Shown: in pieces, positions 9,607 through 20,159 of the stretch
Layout of the letters: every line of letters begins with the position of its first letter
How positions within the stretch are numbered: the first letter of the stretch is position 1
Assembly (NCBI GenBank): GCA_963737205.1
Contig: CAVTRV010000009.1
Coordinates: 3,044-67,043 of the forward strand
Direction of reading: 5' to 3'
DNA: 64,000 nucleotides
DNA from: an uncultured Acidobacteriota bacterium
GTDB taxonomy: Bacteria; Acidobacteriota; Terriglobia; Acidiferrales; UBA7541
Translations under genes and position numbers: made by a program
The notes under the pieces: model-generated
Database searches by the model: none
The model's input: the letters and a program-made list of their open reading frames with translations, nothing else
Told to the model about the DNA's origin: nothing

Positions 9607-12600
9607 TTTCCATCGTTCTGGTGATTGTTGGCGCCATCACCATCCTGAGTTTGCCCGTCGCGCAGTTTCCCAACATCGCTCCGCCCGAGATTCAAGATCA
9701 TTGCCACCTACATCGGGGCGGACGCGCAAACCCTCGAGCAATCGGTCGCCACTCCCATCGAGCAGCAGATGAACGGCGTGGACAACATGAACTACATGTA
9801 TTCGCTGAACGCCACCGGCAACTCGACCACCAGCTTGATCGTGGACTTCGACCCAAAAACCGATCCGAACACGGATTACATCCTGGCGCAAAGCCGGGAG
9901 ACGCTCGCTGCTTCCCAACTTCCCGTGGACGTCACGAATTACGGAGTCACCGTTCGAAAGTCAGTGACTGCCCCGCTCATGTTAATCGCGGTGTACTCGC
10001 CGCATGGAACCTACGACGCCAAGTTTTTGGCCAACTATGCGTACATCAATCTTGCGGATCCCATCCTGCGTTCGCCGGGAATCGGCAACGTTCAGGTATT
10101 CGGCTCCGGCCAATACGCGATGCGATTGTGGGTAAAGCCCGACCAGCTGGCAAAGCTGGGCATCACCGTTCCGGAAATCGTCAGCGCCATTCAAGCGCAG
10201 AACACCGTCAACCCAGCCGGGAAGGCGGGAGGCGAACCGGCACCCAAGGGCACAGGAATTTACCTATTCGGTTCTCGCGCAAGGCCGCCTGACGTCCCCG
10301 GAAGAGTTCGGACAGATCGTCGTCCGCGAAACGCCGGACGGCGGAATCGTGCGCGTCCGCGATGTGGCCCGAATCGAGCTGGGTTCCCAGGACTACAGCG
10401 TGGCGGGACGTTTTAATGGCAAAGCCGAGCGCCGTCATCGCCACCTACCAATTGCCCGGCTCGAACGCAGTGGATGCGGCCGCAGGCGTCAAGAAGCTGA
10501 TGGCGCAGATGAAGCAGCGCTTCCCCGAAGACCTGGATTTCGACGTCGCTCTGGATACGACGCGCGCGGTCACGGAAGGAATAAAGGAAATCGTCGAAAC
10601 GCTCTTGATCGCCCTCGCGCTTGTGATCCTTGTGGTGTACATCTTCTTGCAGGGCTGGCGCGCCACGCTGATTCCGCTTCTTGCCGTGCCGGTCTCGCTT
10701 GTGGGCACGTTCATACTGTTTCCCGATATTCGGTTTTTCCATCAACACGCTTTCTCTCTTTGGTCTGGTGCTGGCGATCGGGCTTGTGGTGGACGACGCC
10801 ATCGTCGTCGTCGAAGGCGTGGAACGGCATATCGAGGAAGGAATGACGCCGAAGGACGCGGCGTTGAAAGCGATGGAAGAGCTTTCCGGCCCCGTTGTCG
10901 GCATCGCGCTGGTTCTCTCCGCCGTGTTTGTGCCGACGGCCTTCATTCCCGGAATCACCGGCAAGCTCTACCAGCAATTCGCCGTCACCATCGCGATTTC
11001 CGTTCTGCTTTCCGCGTTCAATGCGCTCACGCTCAGCCCGGCGCTCGCGGCGCTTCTGCTGCGGCCGAAGGAACCGAGCCGGGGACTCCTGAGGAGATTT
11101 TTTGATTGGTTTAACCGCGTATTTGAGCGAGCCACAGAGGGCTATGTGCGCTGGAGCGCGGTATTGGTCCGAAAGACCGTCGTCGTGCTCGTGTTGCTTT
11201 TGGTCTTTTGTGTGGCGGGTGGCTTTTTTGCCAGCCGAATTCCGTCGAGCTTTCCTCCCGGACGAAGATCAAGGCTACGCCTACGTCAATGTGCAGCTGC
11301 CGAATGGGGCTTCTCTGGAACGCACCACGGCTGTCACAGCGGATGTGGAAAAAATCCTGATGGATACGCCGGGGGTCGAACACGTTACCATGCTTCGTCG
11401 GCTTCAGTTTGCTCAGTTTTGTCCGCACCAGTTACAACTCCACTTTTTTTGTGACCCTGAAGCCGTGGGATGAACGAACGACAAGGGCCCAGCAATTTCA
11501 ATCGCTCAAGGCGCATTTGAACCAGCAGTTGAGCAAGTTGCCCGCAGCAGTTGCCTTCGGTTTTTCCCCGCCCGCCATTCCAGGTGTCGGCACTGCGGGT
11601 GGATTTACGTTAATCCTCGAGGACCGTTCGGGTAGCGATCTTCAGTTCCTCGCCAAAAATTTGGGCATTTTTCTTGAAGCCGCCCGAAAGCGGCCGGAAA
11701 TCGCCAGCCTCAGCACCACTTTTTTGGCGAGCGTCCCGCAAGAGTTTGTCCACGTGGATCGCGACAAAGTGCTGAAACAAGGTGTGGCCCTCAACGATGT
11801 GTACAGGACGATCCAGGCCTTCATGGGCGGATATTTCATCAACTATTTCAATCGCTTTGGCCGCCAGTGGCAGGTCTATATCGAAGCGGAAGGCGAAGAC
11901 CGCGCCAAAGCGGAAAACGTCGGACAGTTCTACGTCCGGAACAACAAGGGAGAGAGTGTCCCTCTCTCCACACTTACCACTGTAGAGTCGCGCCTCGGCC
12001 CGGAATTCACCTTGCGCTTCAACGAATACCGTTCGGCGCAAATCAACGGCAGCGCTGCGCCGGGCTACAGCGCGGACCAGGCCACCGCGGCCCTCGAAGA
12101 TGTTTTCAAACAGACGATGCCGCGCGAAATGGGCTTCGATTACTCGGGCATATCCTTTCAGGAGCAGAAAGCGCGAGAGGGCGTGCCTCCGGCGGTGATC
12201 TTCGGACTTTCGCTGCTATTCGTATTCCTGATTCTGGCGGCACTGTACGAAAGCTGGACGCTTCCGTTCAGCGTGCTGCTGAGCACGCCCGTGGCGATTT
12301 TCGGAGCGTTCGGAATTCTTTTGCTGCGCCGTGTCCTGCTCGGCGTATTTCTATCCGCCCTACCTGGTCCAGATCGAGACCGATATCTACTCGCAAATCG
12401 GACTGGTCATGCTCATCGGTTTGGCTGCCAAGAACGCGATTTTGATCGTCGAGTTCGCCAAGGATGAATACGACAATGGAAAGCCTCTCGCGGATGCCGC
12501 GCTCGAAGGAGCCAGGCTTCGTCTGCGGCCGATTTTGATGACGTCTTTCGCGTTCATTCTCGGCTGCGTGCCGCTGTGGATCGCCACGGGCGCCGGAGTC

Positions 12601-12777
12601 GGTGGCCCGCCAAATCATGGGCACCACAGTCATCGGCGGGATGCTGGCCGCCAGCTTCATCGGAATTTTCTTCGTGCCTGCAATTTTCTATCTGGTGGAG
12701 AAATGGTCGGGTGCCAGGACACGGAGCACGCTGCGGGAGCGTTGCCGGCGACGCCTGCTCCGGCGGAGGGGGACTGA
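9564..12777 (+). pseudogene. RND (AcrB/HAE1-type) inner-membrane efflux transporter, interrupted by at least 8 frameshifts
   Basis: Collinear fragments at 9564, 9769, 10349, 10362, 10681, 11102, 11409, 12331 and 12602 read as one AcrB-like protein. Motifs: MSKFFINRPIVAMVISI; LVLAIGLVVDDAIVVVEGVERH; [24 protein letters not shown]; [19 protein letters not shown]. No in-frame stops other than those caused by the shifts. The C-terminal frame is ambiguous (stop at 12777 or 12832). Confidence 0.85.
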
Positions 12778-12795
12778 GATGGACACCGCGATACG

Positions 12796-14222
12796 GTGCG
12801 AAGGATACGCGGAGTGCCTATCAAGAAATTAGCGGCCATTCATGGCGGCTGTATTGAGCTCGGCTCTAATCGGAGGGTGCACGGTAGGCCCAAACTACCA
12901 TCGACCTGCCGTTCAGACTCCAGCGGCCTACCGCGATCTCAGCGAAAACCCGCAGGTGCAGGCTCAAGCCGCGTCCTATGCAGATCTTCCCTGGTGGCAG
13001 GTCTTCCAGGACCCGCAATTACAAGAACTCATCCGCACTGCGCTGAAGCAGAACTACGATTTGCAGCTTGCCACGGAGCGCATCAACGCAGGGCGCGCTC
13101 AAGTGGCGATAACGCGCTCGAGTCTTTTCCCGCAAGTGCAAGGAAACGGCAATTTCGCGGCGGCAAAGAGAACAACTTCCAGACCAAGTACAACTTTCTC
13201 ACGCTGACGGCAGACGCATCGTTCCAGCTGGACTTCTTCGGCAAGTTGCGTCGCGCGACGGAAGCGTCACGCGCCGAACTCCTGGCTACCGAGGATGCGC
13301 AGCAGACGGTGATCTTGACGCTGGTGAGCGATGTGGCGAGCGACTATTTCGCGCTCCTGCAACTGGACCTTGAGCTGCAAATCACGCGCGAGACCGTAAG
13401 CACTCAGGAAGACTCGGTGAAGCTCACCAATCTTCGCCTCCAACACGGCGTGGCCACGAAGCTCGACGTTTTGCAGGCTCAGCAGGTTCTCGATTCCGCG
13501 AATGCCCAGATCCCCGACTTGGAGCGGCAGATCGCGCAGGAAGAAAATGCGATCAGCATTCTTCTCGGCAACTACCCGCAGGCCGTCCCACGCGGACGCC
13601 CGCTGGTGGAGCAGCCGCTTCCTCCCGAAGTGCCGCCGGGCCTGCCGTCGTCACTCATCGAACGCCGACCCGACATTCGCGAGGCCGAGCAAACCTTGGT
13701 GGCCGCGAACGCCGAAATCGGCGTCGCCAAGGCTCAGTTCTTTCCGCAAATCTCCCTGACCGGCTCGGGCGGCGGCGCCTTCGGGCGCAGCAGTGCGTTC
13801 TCCAGCCTGATGAGCTCGCAGATCGGAATCTGGTCTTACGGCGCCCAAGTGAGCCAGCCCATTTTCACGGGGGAGCTCTTCGCGGAAATCTTCGCTTGGC
13901 GGAGTCGCAGCATCAACAGGCTCTGATCGCTTACCGGCAATCCATTCAGCAAGCGTTCGGTGACGTATCCGATGCGCTGATCGCCTATCAGAAATTCCAT
14001 CAAGTCCGGGTTCGCCAAGAAGAGAGCGTCGCGGACCTGCAGGAATCCGTCCGCCTGTCCAACATGCGGTACAAGGGAGGCACTACCACTTATCTCGAAG
14101 TGTTGGACGGCCAGCGGTCACTCTTTGCAGCGGAACTCACTCTCGCGGGGGCGCGCGGCACCGAATACCAGAGTCTCGTGCAACTTTACAGGGCACTCGG
14201 CGGAGGCTGGCAGCAGAGTTAG
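12796..14222 (+). pseudogene. outer-membrane efflux lipoprotein (NodT/OprM family), interrupted by 2-3 frameshifts
   Basis: Fragments 12842..13207, 12796..13926 and 13896..14222. Lipobox LIGGC followed by TVGPNYHRP. FQLDFFGKLRRA and QPIFTG|GALRGNLRLAESQHQQAL join across a G5 run at 13869-13873. Confidence 0.8.
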
Positions 14223-14490
14223 GGTTTGAGTGATCGGATCGTCGGATTGGCCACCACGCTGACCTGTCCCCAATAGGCTGGGCGGCTGGCTGAAAACCAC
14301 CAGCACCGCTTGAAAATCACCAAGAGCCCCTCCTCCGCGGAGCTCCATCGCTCAGATCCGACTCTCCCATTCCATTGAAAATAAATGGGTTCGCGCGCCA
14401 GCGGCACGATCGGACCATTTGGCAATGCTTGTGCACTCTCTTAGGGCGGCAGTTCGGAAAGGGTTTCAAGGATCTCAAAGGAGGTCCAAA

Positions 14491-14997
14491 ATGCGATACC
14501 TAAAAGTTCTGGCTTTAATTGCGGTTTGTGGCATTTGCCTGGCCTCAGCGCCTCTCGCAAGCGCACAAAGAGTGGCGATCGGCGTTGGAATCGGGCCTGG
14601 CTACGTAGGCACGGCTCCTGTCTGCGCCTACGGTTACTACGGATATTACCCGTACGCGTGCGCGCCTTACGGCTACTATGGACCTAGCTGGTTCTCCGGT
14701 GGCCTCTTTATCGGAGCCGGCCCGTGGTTTCACGGAGGCTTCTACGGACGCCCCGGCTTCTACGGTCGTGGCGGCTTCTATGGTCGCCCCGGCTATCGTG
14801 GGTTCGCTGGTCGCGGCACAGTAGCGGCAGGGCGCGGCTTCGCGGGACGCGGTCCAGTCGGCGGGTTCCGAGGTGGCGCCGTGGCTCGGGGTCCGGTGGG
14901 CGGGTTCCGCGGTAACGCGGCCGTTCGCGGTGGCGGTGGTTTCCATGGCGGAGGCAGCTTCCACGGTGGAGGCTCTCACGGCGGCGGACACAGGTAG
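14491..14997 (+). CDS. secreted Gly/Arg/aromatic-rich low-complexity protein with His-rich tail
   Basis: ATG at 14491 preceded by AAAGGAGG. Signal peptide MRYLKVLALIAVCGICLASAPLASA. Then GYYGYYPYACAPYGYYG, repeated GFYGRPG/GFAGRG/GGFRG, and GGFHGGGSFHGGGSHGGGHR. Confidence 0.7.
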   Translation: MRYLKVLALIAVCGICLASAPLASAQRVAIGVGIGPGYVGTAPVCAYGYYGYYPYACAPYGYYGPSWFSGGLFIGAGPWFHGGFYGRPGFYGRGGFYGRPGYRGFAGRGTVAAGRGFAGRGPVGGFRGGAVARGPVGGFRGNAAVRGGGGFHGGGSFHGGGSHGGGHR

Positions 14998-15025
14998 GCT
15001 TCAATTAGACTGAACAAGTAGACCG

Positions 15026-15055
15026 AACGGCCGGCAGCAAACGCTGCCGGCCGTT
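15026..15055 (+). terminator. strong hairpin after the Gly-rich gene
   Basis: AACGGCCGGCAGC-AAAC-GCTGCCGGCCGTT gives a 13-bp stem. Only a short T run follows. Confidence 0.55.
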
Positions 15056-15186
15056 TCGCGCATAAATCCGCTGTGCCCCACCTCTAGTCGATTCTTGCCT
15101 TTCCGAAGTTTAAGTGTTCCAATACGGCGCACTGGGGTACGGGCTGGGCTTGGCGCGAACCACTGTTCGCTCAGGGTTACTCAGTC

Positions 15187-16746
15187 ATGCAGAAGAAGCC
15201 TCGAACCTCTGCGTCGCGCGCAGCCTCTCGGCCAAAGCCAGCCCGCATAGCGCGCGCCGTGGATGCTCTCCTATCCAGCGAAGAACGCTTCCGCAACCTC
15301 CTTCAGGATTTGCACGTAGCCGTCATCTTGGCCGGACCTGGCGTAAAGGTCCAGTTTGCCAACAAGGCGGCGCTCGATATGTTCGGGCTCACCGAAGAGG
15401 AAGTCCTTGGGAAAACGCCAGACCAACTTAATTTGACTGTTCTTCGAGAGGACGGGTGGGAATACCCGTTTTCGATGCGTCCCGGTCCCCGCGCGGCGAT
15501 GACCGGGCAAGCGGTTCGCAACGAGGTAGTAGGTTACCGTCGTAAGGGCACGGATGAAGTCATCTGGGCTTATGGCGCGGTTGTTCCTCAGTTTGGCTCC
15601 GACGGCTCTGTCAACCGTGTCACCGCCACGTTCACCGACATCACCGAAAGAAAGAAAACCGAGGCTGCACTTCAGAAGGCCAATGAGCTGAACCAGGAAA
15701 TCCTTTCGAGCGTTCGGGAAGGAATCATCGTTCACGATCGCCAGCTCCGATATGCCCTGTGGAACCCTTTTATGGAACGCATCAGCGGCATGAAAAAAGA
15801 AGATGTCCTCGGGAGACATCCCCTGGACCTATTTCCTTTTTTGGGCAAGGTGGGAGTCTATGCCCAGATTGAGAGAGCCCTGACGGGAGAGTCCGTTACG
15901 ATTCGCAACGTACCGTATACGGTTCCCCAGACGAAACAGGCGGGGTGGTGCGACAACACATTTGCGCCCCTTCGCGATGCAGCGGGCGAGATCGTTGGCG
16001 TCGTAGCGGCCGTGCGTGACATCACGGGCCGCAAGCGAAGAGAAGACGAGTTGCGCCAGCTATCCTCCCGTTTGCTGGCGATGCAGGATGAAGAGCGCCG
16101 GCGTATCGCGCGGGATCTTCATGACAGCGCGGGCCAGCATCTATTCGCTGTGGGTCTGAATCTCGGGAAGTTGAGCAAATCCGCGGAGAGTCTCGACCCA
16201 GGCGGACAGCGCCTATTGGCGGACACCCGCAGGATGGTAAGGAGTCTCTCGCGCGAAATCCGTTCCCTTTCGTATCTCTTGCACCCTCCCGGACTCGACG
16301 AACTTGGCCTGGCAGCCGCAATCGAGGAATACGCCAACGGGTTCAGTCAACGCAGCGGCATTGACGTCGAACTCGATCTGTCATCCGAAGTTGGTCGCTT
16401 GCCCCAGGAGTCTGAAACTGCGCTTTTCCGAATCGTCCAGGAAGCGCTGGGAAACATTCAGAAGCACTCGGGAAGTTCCAAGAGCAAGATCCGGCTGGTG
16501 AGAGACAGCGGGCACAATGTGCTTGAAGTGACCGACGCAGGGCGCGGGATGCAGGCCAGAAACCTGAAGAAGAAACTGGTCGCTCAAAGCCCACTCGGCG
16601 TCGGGATCCTCGGCATGAGGGAACGGATGAGGCAACTCGGTGGCTGGATCGAAATCAGCTCTGGCAGTTGGGGGACGACGGTGAAGGCGATGCTGCCGCT
16701 GCGCGGCGAGGTCCACGATGTCAGTTCGCATCCTCGTGGCGGATGA
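15187..16746 (+). CDS. cytoplasmic PAS-PAS sensor histidine kinase (HisKA_3/HATPase)
   Basis: Two PAS-like modules (SEERFRNLLQDLHVAVIL...; NQEILSSVREGIIVHD...). H-box RIARDLHDSAGQHL. ATPase VTDAGRGM...GILGMRERMRQLGG. Confidence 0.85.
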   Translation: MQKKPRTSASRAASRPKPARIARAVDALLSSEERFRNLLQDLHVAVILAGPGVKVQFANKAALDMFGLTEEEVLGKTPDQLNLTVLREDGWEYPFSMRPGPRAAMTGQAVRNEVVGYRRKGTDEVIWAYGAVVPQFGSDGSVNRVTATFTDITERKKTEAALQKANELNQEILSSVREGIIVHDRQLRYALWNPFMERISGMKKEDVLGRHPLDLFPFLGKVGVYAQIERALTGESVTIRNVPYTVPQTKQAGWCDNTFAPLRDAAGEIVGVVAAVRDITGRKRREDELRQLSSRLLAMQDEERRRIARDLHDSAGQHLFAVGLNLGKLSKSAESLDPGGQRLLADTRRMVRSLSREIRSLSYLLHPPGLDELGLAAAIEEYANGFSQRSGIDVELDLSSEVGRLPQESETALFRIVQEALGNIQKHSGSSKSKIRLVRDSGHNVLEVTDAGRGMQARNLKKKLVAQSPLGVGILGMRERMRQLGGWIEISSGSWGTTVKAMLPLRGEVHDVSSHPRGG

Positions 16747-17362
16747 CCATGGCGTAGTCCGCAGAGGCCTCCGCGCCCTCTTGGAATCCAGGAAGGGATG
16801 GAAGATCTGCGGCGAAGCGGCGAACGGCCGTGAAGCCGTCGAGCGCGCCAAAAGACTGAAGCCCGACGTAGCCATTCTGGACATCGGTATGCCCGGTCTC
16901 AACGGAGTGGAAGCCACACGTCAAATCCGCAAGGTCTCGCCAAAGACCGAAATATTGATTCTGAGCGCGCATGGTTCGGAGAAGCTGGCGCTTGAGGTTC
17001 TCGAAGCCGGCGCTCGAGGCTACGTGGTCAAAGAAGAAGCGGACGAAAGCCTCATGGTGGCCGTTGACGCTTTGCTGCGGCACGTTCCCTTTCTCACCGC
17101 CCGAATTGCGAAACTGATGGCTCGCGAAAAACGGAGTGCGCTCAGTAAAGCGCCGAAGAGCCGCCTAACGCCTCGCGAACGTGAAATAGCCCAGCTTCTC
17201 GCAGAGGGAAGGAGCAACAAGGAGGTTGGGGGCGTGCTTGGGATCAGCGCGAAAACCGTCGAAACTCATCGCGCCAACATCATGCTGAAACTCAACCTTC
17301 ATTCGATTACCGACCTGGTGCATTACGCGATACGAAATAAAATGATTGTCACCAATGAATGA
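16718..17362 (+). CDS. NarL/LuxR-family response regulator
   Basis: VRILVADDHGVVRRGL...DVAILDIGMPGLNG. LTPREREIAQLLAEGRSNKEVGGVLGISAKTVETHRANIMLKL. Confidence 0.9.
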   Translation: MSVRILVADDHGVVRRGLRALLESRKGWKICGEAANGREAVERAKRLKPDVAILDIGMPGLNGVEATRQIRKVSPKTEILILSAHGSEKLALEVLEAGARGYVVKEEADESLMVAVDALLRHVPFLTARIAKLMAREKRSALSKAPKSRLTPREREIAQLLAEGRSNKEVGGVLGISAKTVETHRANIMLKLNLHSITDLVHYAIRNKMIVTNE

Positions 17363-17450
17363 CGTAAATCTGCATCTACAGTTTTTCCCCTAGGAAATCA
17401 GCCGAATTCACCCCCTCATTCGTTTCCGTTACGCTGTACCACTTTCATCC

Positions 17451-17894
17451 GTGCCAAACTCGTTGAAGGAGAGGAAATTGCGTTCGAAGAAACACATTCG
17501 GGTAATCGTAGTAGACGACTCACCCATGGCGTTAGCGGCCATCTGTTCGTTCCTAGAAACTCAGAGTGAGATGGAAATCGTCGGAACGGCGAACGATGGC
17601 TTTGAACTGCTGGAGATGGCCGAGAAATTGAAACCCGATCTGGTTATTACCGACCTTCATATGCCTCGCATGAGCGGATTGGAGTGCACGCTGCTTCTCC
17701 ACAATATATTGCCTGCCACGCGAGTCATCGTGTTTACGGAATTGGATTCGCCTCTCGCCGGACTTGTGTGTCTGGAAGCGGGAGCGGATGGCTGCGTTCT
17801 TAAGGATCACATGTCCGAGAAACTCTTCGTCGCTATCCAACGCCTGTTCCCTTGGCTCGCCGAAGAACCACGCACTTGGAGAAACACCGCGTAA
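17451..17894 (+). CDS. stand-alone receiver (CheY-like) protein
   Basis: IRVIVVDDSPMALAAI...DLVITDLHMPRMSG; no output domain. GTG start is uncertain. Confidence 0.7.
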   Translation: MPNSLKERKLRSKKHIRVIVVDDSPMALAAICSFLETQSEMEIVGTANDGFELLEMAEKLKPDLVITDLHMPRMSGLECTLLLHNILPATRVIVFTELDSPLAGLVCLEAGADGCVLKDHMSEKLFVAIQRLFPWLAEEPRTWRNTA

Positions 17895-17992
17895 CTTCTC
17901 GCCCTGGCACGTTCTCGATTCGCTTGACTAGACAAGCATTCGCAAATGCCGTTGACTTGCTGAAATGCTTTCCGCCGGGCACCGAGGAATCA

Positions 17993-19030
17993 TTAGGGAC
18001 TAGCACGTTTGTGCGGCTTGGCTTCGCCAGGTTCTTTCACACGACGAACGATCGTCTGATGCATGCGGTACGTGCGGCTATGGGGCGCTCCGCTGCCCAG
18101 ATCCTCGAACGAGAAGGTGACGTCGCCCGCTGAAGTCGTACTTCGTGTTAGCTCCACCGGCAGCTTGCCGCAAACACCGCTATCGACGAAGGCGGTCTCG
18201 TACCGGTTCCGCTGGACTCCCCAGGTATAGACACGCACGGAACTGAAGTCGCAGGCTTGCCCCTCCGGCCCTTTCGATCCCAGCAAGAGGTACTGCGTTT
18301 TCGGATTGCCCGACGAGTCTTTCGCCTTATTCAAGTCGAACCACGCAACGATGCGCGTGCCGGCTGAGCTGGCGTAGTCCGGCAGCGGCGCGGGAACGTC
18401 AAGCTCAATGAAATGGCCGAGAATCCATCCCGAAAACGGCGCTTCGCCAGGCGGGTGCGCGCGAACGAGCCACCAGTCCTCCTTCTTCGCTTGCGCCGGC
18501 TCAGATGGGGAATTGTCCTCGTCGGTATTCGCGCGATCCGTGTTAGCGCGATCAGTGTTCCCGTGATTGGCCGCAGGAATATCGACCGATTGGCGAGCGA
18601 GGAGATCGAGCGGAACGTCCCTGCTTAGCTGGCGAATTCGGGCTGCGTCCCGGCCTGCGTCCAGATGGAGATTGCTGAGAACTTTCGTGTGGCCATGCGC
18701 CTGAACCGGCATGGCTGCGGCCTTCGCTTCAAGGGAGCGAGCTTGGTCCCACAGCTCTGCCGAGAGCAATTCGTGCTCGTTTACCCAACCGGTGGCGCCG
18801 CCAGACGCGCGAACCTTCACTTCTTCGTCGAAGCTGTCGAGCACGTCCAGCCGTTCGCCGAAGTTGACGATCGCCACAGGCTCGCGAACTTGCGCCGTCG
18901 TGCTCCAAAGCGTGACTTGGCGGTTGCCGGCGTACGCGACGTCAATCGGACCCTTCTTGTGATGGAATCGTAAGTAGGCGGCCACCGCGATGATCACGAA
19001 CAACGCGAAACCAACCATCACCTTGCGCAT
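17993..19030 (-). CDS. membrane-anchored hypothetical protein with SH3-like segment
   Basis: N-terminal TM segment VMVGFALFVIIAVAAYL. VKVRASGGATGWVNEHEL resembles bacterial SH3. Contains an NTDRANTDRANTDED repeat. Confidence 0.6.
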   Translation of the reverse strand: MRKVMVGFALFVIIAVAAYLRFHHKKGPIDVAYAGNRQVTLWSTTAQVREPVAIVNFGERLDVLDSFDEEVKVRASGGATGWVNEHELLSAELWDQARSLEAKAAAMPVQAHGHTKVLSNLHLDAGRDAARIRQLSRDVPLDLLARQSVDIPAANHGNTDRANTDRANTDEDNSPSEPAQAKKEDWWLVRAHPPGEAPFSGWILGHFIELDVPAPLPDYASSAGTRIVAWFDLNKAKDSSGNPKTQYLLLGSKGPEGQACDFSSVRVYTWGVQRNRYETAFVDSGVCGKLPVELTRSTTSAGDVTFSFEDLGSGAPHSRTYRMHQTIVRRVKEPGEAKPHKRASP

Positions 19031-19265
19031 CAGAGTCCGCTATCCGTTGTGCGGCAGTTGCGACGGGCCACTCGCATGATCGAAACGTCTCCCGGGAACA
19101 AACGAAGATTCTACACCAACGCACTTGCTGCGTTCCGCGGCGCGCGGGGAGAGTTTCCGGCGCTTCGTTTCAACCGCACTCCGCGCGGCGTGCTGCGTCG
19201 CGGAGTTCTGCTACAATCCGGAGCGTTCAAAACAGGTTCGCGATGAAGACGCGTGAGGGAGAGCG

Positions 19266-19697
19266 ATGCAGAGTCTGGAAAAACTGAAGCCGCTTGCTTT
19301 GCTGCTGTTGCGTGTTGCCCTCGGAGTGATTTTCATTTTTCACGGCTATCCGAAGCTGACGCACTCGCCGCAGTGGGTGGAGAATTTCGCTCATATGGGA
19401 TTTCCGGGATATTTCGCCTACATCGCGGGGGTGCTCGAAGTTTTTGGCGGCGCGATGCTGATCGCGGGAATCTTCACGCGAATCGCGGGGCTGCTGCTAG
19501 CGATCGAGATGGGCGTCGCACTGGTAAAGGTCCACGGCCTCCTTTCGAATCCTTCCAACGTTCACAACTACGAATTCCCGCTGGTTCTTTGTGCCGCGTC
19601 TTTCGTGCTCGCGACGGTTGGCGCCGGCCTGATTTCCATCGATCAGGCGCTGTTCGAGCGGCGGCCATCATCCTGGGGCCGCAAGTCGAAGCCCTAG
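19266..19697 (+). CDS. DoxX family membrane protein
   Basis: LLLLRVALGVIFIFHGYPKL...GVLEVFGGAMLIAG..., with four TM segments. Confidence 0.75.
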   Translation: MQSLEKLKPLALLLLRVALGVIFIFHGYPKLTHSPQWVENFAHMGFPGYFAYIAGVLEVFGGAMLIAGIFTRIAGLLLAIEMGVALVKVHGLLSNPSNVHNYEFPLVLCAASFVLATVGAGLISIDQALFERRPSSWGRKSKP

Positions 19698-19707
19698 CTG
19701 TTCTCCG

Positions 19708-20064
19708 TTAAGCGGGCTGCGTCGATTGCGGCGCCGGCGCCGGCGGAGCCTGCTGCACCGCCACAGGAATTGGGAATGGCGCTTGCGGGATCACCGCCCA
19801 GCAGATCAGATACGCAAGCCCGCCTGGGACGAATCCGGTGAAAATGAAAATCAGCAGCCACACCAGCCGCACGACGGTGGAGTCGATGCCGAGATATTCA
19901 GCAAAGCCTCCACAGATGCCGGCGATCTTACAGTCCACCGAGGACCGCATCAACCGCCTCTGTGCGGGCGGGCAAGCCGCGCTGGCCACCTGCTGCCGCG
20001 TGCCGCAGTAGTAGCAGAAATTCGAATTATCGGCGATGTCTCTACGGCAATTCGCGCACATCAT
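19708..20064 (-). CDS. zinc-ribbon + PspC-domain membrane protein
   Basis: CANCRRDIADNSNFCYYCG (zinc ribbon) followed by RSSVDCKIAGICGGFAEYLGIDSTVVRLVWL (PspC motif). Confidence 0.75.
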   Translation of the reverse strand: MMCANCRRDIADNSNFCYYCGTRQQVASAACPPAQRRLMRSSVDCKIAGICGGFAEYLGIDSTVVRLVWLLIFIFTGFVPGGLAYLICWAVIPQAPFPIPVAVQQAPPAPAPQSTQPA

Positions 20065-20159
20065 ATCGTTACCCTCCGGCGCGGGTCGTGCCCGGTGTTC
20101 CCCGCACTCCCTGCATTAGTTACGATTCAAGCCCGAAAAAGGTTTCCGCGCCAGTCATG

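Noticed and set aside
8357-14222. Programmed ribosomal frameshifting as an explanation for the broken efflux genes.
   Set aside because: There are a dozen shifts in both directions, with no shared slippery heptamer or downstream structure. This is not compatible with known programmed frameshift sites.
18524-18568. Three imperfect 15-nt tandem units (GTATTCGCGCGATCC / GTGTTAGCGCGATCA / GTGTTCCCGTGATTG).
   Set aside because: They lie inside the 17993..19030 gene, where they encode NTDRANTDRANTDED. This is a minor in-frame coding repeat in a linker, not an independent element.
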